From Protoeuglena noctilucae (Eukaryota): a DNA stretch of 64,000 bases. Positions within the stretch are counted from its first letter, which is position 1; each line of letters begins with the position of its first letter. Positions 57,411 through 64,000 of the stretch are shown here, in pieces. Position numbers and translations under genes: made by a program. The stretch spans positions 496,001 to 560,000 of the forward strand of contig OY253688.1 in assembly GCA_958009085.1 (NCBI GenBank), written 5' to 3'. Under the pieces are notes generated by a model. It was not told where the DNA came from, ran no database searches, and saw nothing but the letters and a program-made list of their open reading frames with translations.

Positions 57411-59890
57411 TCAATACACGTGATCGATGACCAAATCGCACGCGGCCCTGAGCTCCTCCGCCGCGGCCGCGCTCATGTCCCGCGGGGCCATGACCGCGTT
57501 TTTGAAAAACACCAGCGCCACCGCCCCGATGCATCGGGCCTCCACGTTGCCCGCCTTCCGCCCCACCTCGCCCGTCAGCAGGTACTGGCAGACGCGCCTC
57601 AGGTGGAAGTCCACAGCACGAAGCGTGGCGTACTTCGGGGTCGCCTCGTAGCCATTCGCCGCCGTCATCGTGCTGCCGTAGGGCGACGTGCGGCCGCGGG
57701 CGAGCCCCGAATCCCCCAATATCATCCCCGTGAAGAAATAGATGTTCGATGCGACCTTGGCGGCCGCCTCCCGGCGCGCGCGCATCGCGGGGGAGTCCGG
57801 GGGCGGCAGAGCACGTCTGATGTTGGCTTCGTGCTGCTCGCGGGGGGCGAAGAAGGCGCGGCGGACGGAGCGGGGGTCCATGCGGCAGGCGCTGGGGGGG
57901 TGGGAGGGGTGGGAGAGGGTGGTTATGGGATTGGATCTTGGGAGGGAGGGTCGGGGCGGGGGTGTGGGTGCGGGTGCGGGTGTGTTTGGCATGTGCTGGG
58001 GTGGGGCATGAGTGGGGCGTGGGCTAACTGCCGCCTCTCATCCCACCACCCCCACCTATCCCTATCTCTTACAACACCTCTCTCTCACCTGTACGCGGGC
58101 ATCTCCCTGAGCAGCCGCAGGTAGCCCGTGAGGTGGGGCAGCCGGGGGTTGCCCGACAGCGGCTCCCCCACCACGTCGTCAAAGTAAGCATCAACGCGCA
58201 GCAGGAAGGGGGCGAAAGCACAGTCCACCATGCTGCGAGGAGTGAGTGGGGTGATTGGAGAGGGGTGGGTGGATGAAGGCGATGGTGTGGGATAACTGAC
58301 CCGAGTCAATCCGCATCAGCAACCAGTACCACGACACTGCCCCATTCCCTTCACACCTGAACGCCCCGCACATGAAGGGCCCCTCCCCCTTCCCCCCCTC
58401 CGCGTTTGCCGCCAGCAGTCTCTCGATGTCCAGCGCCGCATCCATGGCCTTGGATTTGGGGCAGGCGCCCGTGAAGGCGTCTGGGTGGAGGGGAATCGCT
58501 TGAAACCGTTACTTGAAAAGGGGGATATGCTCAATGCTAGATGCTATGCATCAATCGCCACCCCAACCCACCACTCTTGCACTGCCCCACTCACCCGTGA
58601 CCGTCTTGTAGAAGACGTTTAACTTGGCCATCTCGATCAGCTCCTTTAACCTCCCCGACCCGGGGTGGTCCTTTGGGAAGAGCAGCGCGGGGGTGTCTGG
58701 GAAGGCGCGCTCCAGGGTGGCGATGATGTTGAGGGAATCAACATAAAACTCGCCATTGATGTAGGCTGGGGGCGATGAGAGAGAAAGAGGGTGAGTGAGT
58801 AATTGGGGTGACAGGTGTAAGGGAGGGTGAGAGTTGCGGTGATAGGGGAGAAGGGAGGGTGAGTGGTTGGGGCAATTGGGGTAGGCAGGGTGGGCAAGGA
58901 CGATAGGATAAAGGGTAGCAATTGGGGACTCATGTGTTTAGAACAGCCCCCACCCATCACCATCGCAACCCCTCTCCACCCAACCCACACACTCACCGGC
59001 CGGCACGCGCCCGTCAGCCATCTTGACGTACCAGTCCGGCTTGTCGCGCAGGTTGATGTAGATGGTGTCGTAGGGAATGCCCTTGTAGGCCAGGGCCAGC
59101 CTGCGGGGCACGGCATGGCACCACTCCACTCATTCACGGTGTCGATCGATGCGTGGGTGGTATATGTGACTCTTACCATCGTCCAATCGTGCAGTTGAGG
59201 TGTCTACTCTCGATGCAGCTTGGTTACAATCATTCCCTGCCACCATCTGCCTCGCGCCTGGCCTTCCATGGCCAAACCTAAGCCCAGCGCTTGCAAACGC
59301 ACCTGACGCGCTCGCAGTAGGGGCACTGCGAGTTCGCGTCGCGGTACAGCACCACGGGCTTGTCCGTGAGGCCCTGGGGATTCTCCACGGCCGCGATCCA
59401 ATCGCAGGAGCTGCTCTGCGGGACGGTCGTGCGCCTCGCCACGCTGAACCCCTGCAGCACGTCGATCCCGGCCTTCTGCAGCAGCGAGTCCCACGACTCG
59501 ACCTCCTCCTCCCAAAAGTACGCCGAGACGCGCAGAGGGCCCGGCGCGGCCGCGCGGGCTGCGCGCGGAGGAGCGTTGCAGCGTTCATCGATGGGTGCAT
59601 TGCGAGTCCGCGAGCGAAAGGCTGCGGTTTTCGCTCCGCACGCACGCAGCTCGCGGCGAAATGTCGTTTCAGACGACGGACTCGCTCCCCGCAATTCATC
59701 GGCGTCGAGGGGGGCCGGCAAGGGGCTGCCTAGGTGGCACGCCTTGATCTCCCGCGATGGGGGAGATCTGGGCGCGTCGAGCGCCGGACGACGCACCTGA
59801 AGGGACCCTCCGAGCAGTCGGCACGCGAGCGCCCGCGAACGAGCTGCTGCGCGCGCCCAGGGTGGGGCGGTGCGCCACAGCGTGCGCCAT
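57411..59890 (-). CDS. Plastid-targeted glutathione S-transferase-like protein with CPYC motif and C-terminal extension, 7 exons
   Basis: Transit peptide MAHAVAHRPTLGARSSSFAGARVPTARRVPS|ARAAAPGPLRVSA. VVLYRDANSQCPYCER, KGIPYDTIYINLRDKPDWY...GRVP|A...DSLNII (GST-N), GPFMCGAF|SMVDCAFAPFLLR (GST-C), tail APRDMSAAAAEELRAA. Confidence 0.85.
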
Positions 59891-60220
59891 CGGACCTTAC
59901 CACGCCGCGGAGCCGCCAAGCAACGTTCTTATCACGTTTCCACGGCTTCCTGGGATTGTTTGCAAACGAATGCATCGAACGGTGGCCCAGGCTGAGGCTT
60001 GTGACGACTCCACCATGCACCGTCAGCGGGGATCGTGCCAGGGACACCCAATGGTGGTATGGTGACGTGTCACAACGACAGCAAGCATAGGGCATAGGGT
60101 GAACTTGTTAAACCGACGCTGCCGATGCGGCTACAGCAGCAGCGAGGGCCATGCCATGGATTGGGACGTGACTAGCTTGCAAACTCGGGGCACACGCGGC
60201 GCGTGCCCGGGGGCTCCCAT

Positions 60221-61832
60221 TCACTGGTAGAAGGGGAGGATGTTGGTGCAGATGTAGGCCCAGCCGACACCAGAAACCCCGCCCATGAGGAACCCGGCCG
60301 TGAAGCCCTCCCAGCCAGCAGCCGTCTGCAGGGGCGGACAGCATTCGACAGCGTCAGCGTAACACAGCGTCAGTATACCACAGCGTCGGCAGGCTAGGAG
60401 CTCTGTAGCTACCGCAGGCACGCTGTCACTGCGTCGCCGCAGCCAAAGTGTCCCCTTCCCTGCCCCGCACCCCTCGCGCACCCCACGTCCCGCACCGCTC
60501 TCCCGCAGACACCCCGTCCCCTCACCTGCAGCGGGTCCTTCTCCAGCGCGCGGCCCGTGAGCGTCTTCTTGGACATCTCGTTGTCCTCGCCCTGGAAGGT
60601 GGCCGAGCCGTAGATGGACAGGCACGCCGACAGGATCAGCACCAGCCCGGCGGCAGCCAGGCACCCCGCGACCTCCGCAGAGTCTGCGAAAGAGGAGAGA
60701 GGGAGTGAGCGGGGATGGGCGATGGTAGAGGACAGAGAAACGGGGGGTACGCGGACCGACGTCTGGCAGTCTCCGCAGAGCCAGACAAGTGCAGGGCAAC
60801 AGCCAGCCAGGTGTTGAAGCGGAATCTTAGAGTGTGCTCGCAACACGCGATCCCGATCCCGAAGAGCGAAGCGCACCGGTGTTGCGGAGGGGGCCGAGCT
60901 TGATGAAGGGGCCGGCGACCAGGAAGCCGTGGGCGAGGCCGATCTCCACGCCGCGGAGCGTGGGCGACACGGCCGTGCGGTAGGCGGGGAGGGAGGACAG
61001 GTAGCTGGCGACGATCGGGGAGGACGTCACGGGCGTCTCGAGCATGCCGATGAACGGGTCGCCGTTGAGGGGCGACACGGCGGCCTTCTGCGGGCACACG
61101 CGGGGCCGGGAGGGGTGGTCGGAGCGCATGAAGGTCGACGCCGGCGACAGAGCGTTGAAGGGGAGCGCGGAGGGGAGGGAGAGGGGCGCGGGAGGACGAG
61201 CGGGGTTGGACACTGGCAGCACGATCTAGCCCGCGTGGCGACGCCCCGGGGCATCCGGCGAAGGGAGGAGGGGCGCGATGCGCAAGAAACGGGCCAAAGC
61301 GAGCGCGGGACGGAGCCGGGGCCGGCGTCTCGCGCCCGGCGGTCGGGGAGATAGGCTCGAGCGCCCGGGACGGATTCCGAGCGAGACGCGGGCCCCCGGC
61401 GAAGGCCCGCGCGACGCAGGGATGCAGGACCACCCAACGCGATCGGCAAGACGCTAGCGCGGGGATATCGGCGGGCCCGGCGCCGGGGCGCCCGACATCG
61501 GGCACCGAATCTGCGCTGCCCCGTTTCGGGAGCCGGATGGCCGCGGCGTCCGCTCCGCCCGCGGCCGACGCGTCGCGGGAAAGGCCGAGGACGCTGGAAA
61601 AGGGGCGTCGTCCGGTCCGGGGCTCCCTGGGGCCCCAGGCACCGGCCTGTCCGTTGGATGAGTTGAAATGCGCGCCCGGGAGGAGCGCGGTGCGCTCGAG
61701 GAAGCGGCCAGGGGAACATTCTCGACGACAACAGCCCCTCACCCGCTCCGCGCGCGCCACCACGGCCTGCCTCCGCGCGGGGAGGACGGACCCGAGGCCC
61801 GCCAGGGCAGTGCGAGTCGCCACGGCCTGCAT
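60221..61832 (-). CDS. psaL: Photosystem I subunit XI (PsaL), nucleus-encoded with transit peptide, 4 exons
   Basis: [12 protein letters not shown]...[75 protein letters not shown]|...[11 protein letters not shown]...KTLTGR...[28 protein letters not shown]. Confidence 0.97.
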
Positions 61833-62428
61833 CGTCCCAGTCCTACTTCGCGAGGGGATGGCACCGGAATCACGCGCGCAGGGGCCGCGCCGGGCCCTGC
61901 TGATGACCGAGCCGGACTGGCACCAAAATCTGACAGCTCACCGGGCTTGACGGATCGCGGTCCTCGCACGACATTTTCGCGCCAAACAGCCATCGCGCGC
62001 GCTGCCCGGCCTGCACTGCGTCCAGACCGCCGACCCGTCGTTTGCACGAGCGAAAGGTGCGCCGGGGCCCCTGCAAGCTCGCTGCCCTCACTGACATCGA
62101 CACGATGACATGCTCTCGCTTCCATCGCCCGCTCTGGGGGGCGCTGTGACCCCTGCGCCGTACGTGTCTGCCCCGGCCTGGCCCCTCGCCGCTTGCCGCT
62201 GGCGCTCGAGGAGCAGGGTCTGCCCGGGGTGGCGAACTCGTGTCGCTGGCCGCTTTGGGCCGGGCAGCGCGCACAGGGATGGCGTGTGCACCCCGCCTCA
62301 ACTCTCGCCCGCGTTTCCTCCGCCCGCGCGCGCCAGGGCCGCCCAGGCCACCCCGTTGCGTTCCATCGCGTACCTCTCGCTCGTGCTTTCAGGCGGCAGA
62401 CGCCGTGGACGCGGGGGGGCGACCGAAG

Positions 62429-62872
62429 ATGTCGGGCGAGGGCGGGAGCGCCTTGACGGAGATCAAGACGGCGCCGTACGATTACCGGTGCGTAGCTGTG
62501 GCCGCGGACGCAGCTGAGGGCCCGGCGTCCGCGCAGTGGGCCCGGAACCCGCGCTGGACGTCGCTCATGATGGTCCCTGCAGGTTCCCCACGCAAAACCA
62601 GGCCCGGCACTGCTTTGCGCGCTATTGCGAGTACTTCAAGTGCATGGAGCAGACGAGCGACGAGGAGCGCTGCAGCTTCTACAAGAGGGCGTTCAAGCAG
62701 CTGTGGTGCGTTGCAGGCGTGCGGGCATCAGCTGCCCGGTCCTGCTGCAGTGACTTTGGGCACGACACAGAGCCGCCAGTGCGTCGCTTTCCGCAGCCCG
62801 AACGACTGGATCGAGAAGTGGGACGACGCTAGGAGCAAGGGCATCTTCCCCGTGGGCAACGGCATGGAGTGA
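62429..62872 (+). CDS. COX6B: Cytochrome c oxidase subunit 6B, 3 coding exons
   Basis: IKTAPYDYR|FPTQNQARHCFARYCEYFKC...EERCSFYKRAFKQLC|PNDWIEKWDDARSKGIFP has the conserved COX6B/Cox12 cysteines and TAP.D.RFP..NQ motif. Confidence 0.95.
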   Translation: MSGEGGSALTEIKTAPYDYRCVAVAADAAEGPASAQWARNPRWTSLMMVPAGSPRKTRPGTALRAIASTSSAWSRRATRSAAASTRGRSSSCGALQACGHQLPGPAAVTLGTTQSRQCVAFRSPNDWIEKWDDARSKGIFPVGNGME

Positions 62873-63003
62873 CAGGCCACGGCCCACGCGCCGCAAAAGC
62901 GACCGCCGCCCTTCCTCTAGACTTCTCTCTCGCGTCCCTGCCACATCCGGAGTAGGAGCTGGCGTCACTGACGCTGTTCAACATCGAAAACACTGGGAAC
63001 AAA

Positions 63004-63957
63004 TCATTGAAGCACCGCCATGATAGACCCCTCGCTAACGAACGTGACCTTGCCGTCCGCCAGCTCCACATCCGACGTGCCGTACTTGGAGTACATGACT
63101 GCGAAAGCGGTCGCGGAGCCAGTCACGATGCCGGAGCAGCTGGACAAGCGGGGGCTCGCATGCAGTCGCGGCGCGCGTGGCACGCACCCGTCTCGCCCGG
63201 CTTGACCTCAATCTTCACCTTCCCCCCGACGGCAATCACCTCCCCCACGAGGCCCTCGGACATGTCAAAGTCGTTCGAGCTCGTCGACGCCAGGATGATG
63301 CCCCCGGCTGCGAGTGGCGGGATGGAGAGCCGCGCTCAACATTAAGCATCTCGCTGCAGCCCCAGCCGTGGGACGTGCCCGCCGTATATCAGAGGTCTGT
63401 CTCGCTCATTCGCTCTCACCAGTCTTCTTCTCGTTCTCGCGCGGCTTGACGAGCACGCGGTCCCCCAGCGGCGCCATCTTGGTGATGTCGAGCTGCGCCC
63501 GGTCCGCCGTGACCGCCTGCGTGAGTGGACACGGCCGAAGAGACTGTTACGCCAGCGTGCGGAGGTCGGGTCTGGCTGATATATCCAGCCGAGGAGCTAT
63601 GCCGCGCCGCGCAGGCCCCGGTGTGCGCGGGAATGTGGATGACGGGGCGACGCGCGCCAGGAGCCCCCTCCGCCCCAATCCGACGACTAACGGGGTCGCG
63701 ACTCAGGCACCGCGGGCTATTGCTCCCCAAAGGAAGCCCCGGGATGCACTCTCGGTCCCTCCCGTCAACCGAGTGCGCCGGGCCGGGAACGTTCTCGAGT
63801 GGGTCTGGCGGCCCCGCTCCCGACGCGCCCACCGCGAGACGCGACGGAAGTGCTGCAGCGCATTGTAGCGAATTGTCGCGCAACGCACCTGGGCGCGCAC
63901 GCATCGACTCCCCGCCGCGCACGGCGCCACGCGCCCCGAGAAGGAGGTTGCCTGCAT
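63004..63957 (-). CDS. CPN10: Plastid chaperonin 10 (single GroES domain), 4 exons
   Basis: Transit peptide MQATSFSGRVAPCAAGSRCVRAQ|AVTA..., then MAPLGDRVLVKPRENEKKT|AGGIILA...GEVIAVG...EVKPGET|VMYSKYGTSDV...FVSEGSIMAVLQ*. Confidence 0.92.
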
Positions 63958-64000
63958 TCTCTCCGCGGTTGAGCCAGCCAGCCAGGTGATTTGCACGAAG

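Noticed and set aside
4346..63957. Functional cluster of plastid/redox genes (ferritin, G6PD, GST, psaL, COX6B, Cpn10)
   Set aside because: Interspersed with unrelated housekeeping genes on both strands, with no sign of operon-like organisation.

Overview
Gene-dense, GC-rich, intron-rich eukaryotic nuclear DNA from a green alga, probably a chlorophyte (nuclear psaL, ferritin, Cpn10 and a GST-like gene carry plastid transit peptides). I reconstructed about 16 spliced genes by hand: a kelch protein (partial), a CXIP4-like zinc-knuckle/RS protein, plastid ferritin, a Cys-less pentameric ligand-gated ion channel (pLGIC) with a long C-terminal extension carrying Mib/HERC2-like SH3-fold repeats, UFD1, PIG-X-like, G6PD, cysteinyl-tRNA synthetase, a large calponin-homology-domain protein spanning a 200-N gap, two tandem paralogous putatively secreted proteins of unknown function, a giant CEP350/DUF4378-like protein, a CPYC-type GST-like protein, PsaL, COX6B and plastid Cpn10. 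There is also one intronless, frameshifted ankyrin gene. The two most striking observations are (i) the pLGIC-Mib/HERC2-like fusion, whose exons join in consistent phase, and (ii) diverged 'echo' copies of exon-intron junctions inside introns, seen at 15 or more splice sites in 6 genes, alongside frequent GC-AG introns and introns with G-rich 5' and C-rich 3' halves. All gene models and family calls come from manual splicing and motif recognition, not database searches. No RNA genes, CRISPR arrays or recognisable transposases were found.
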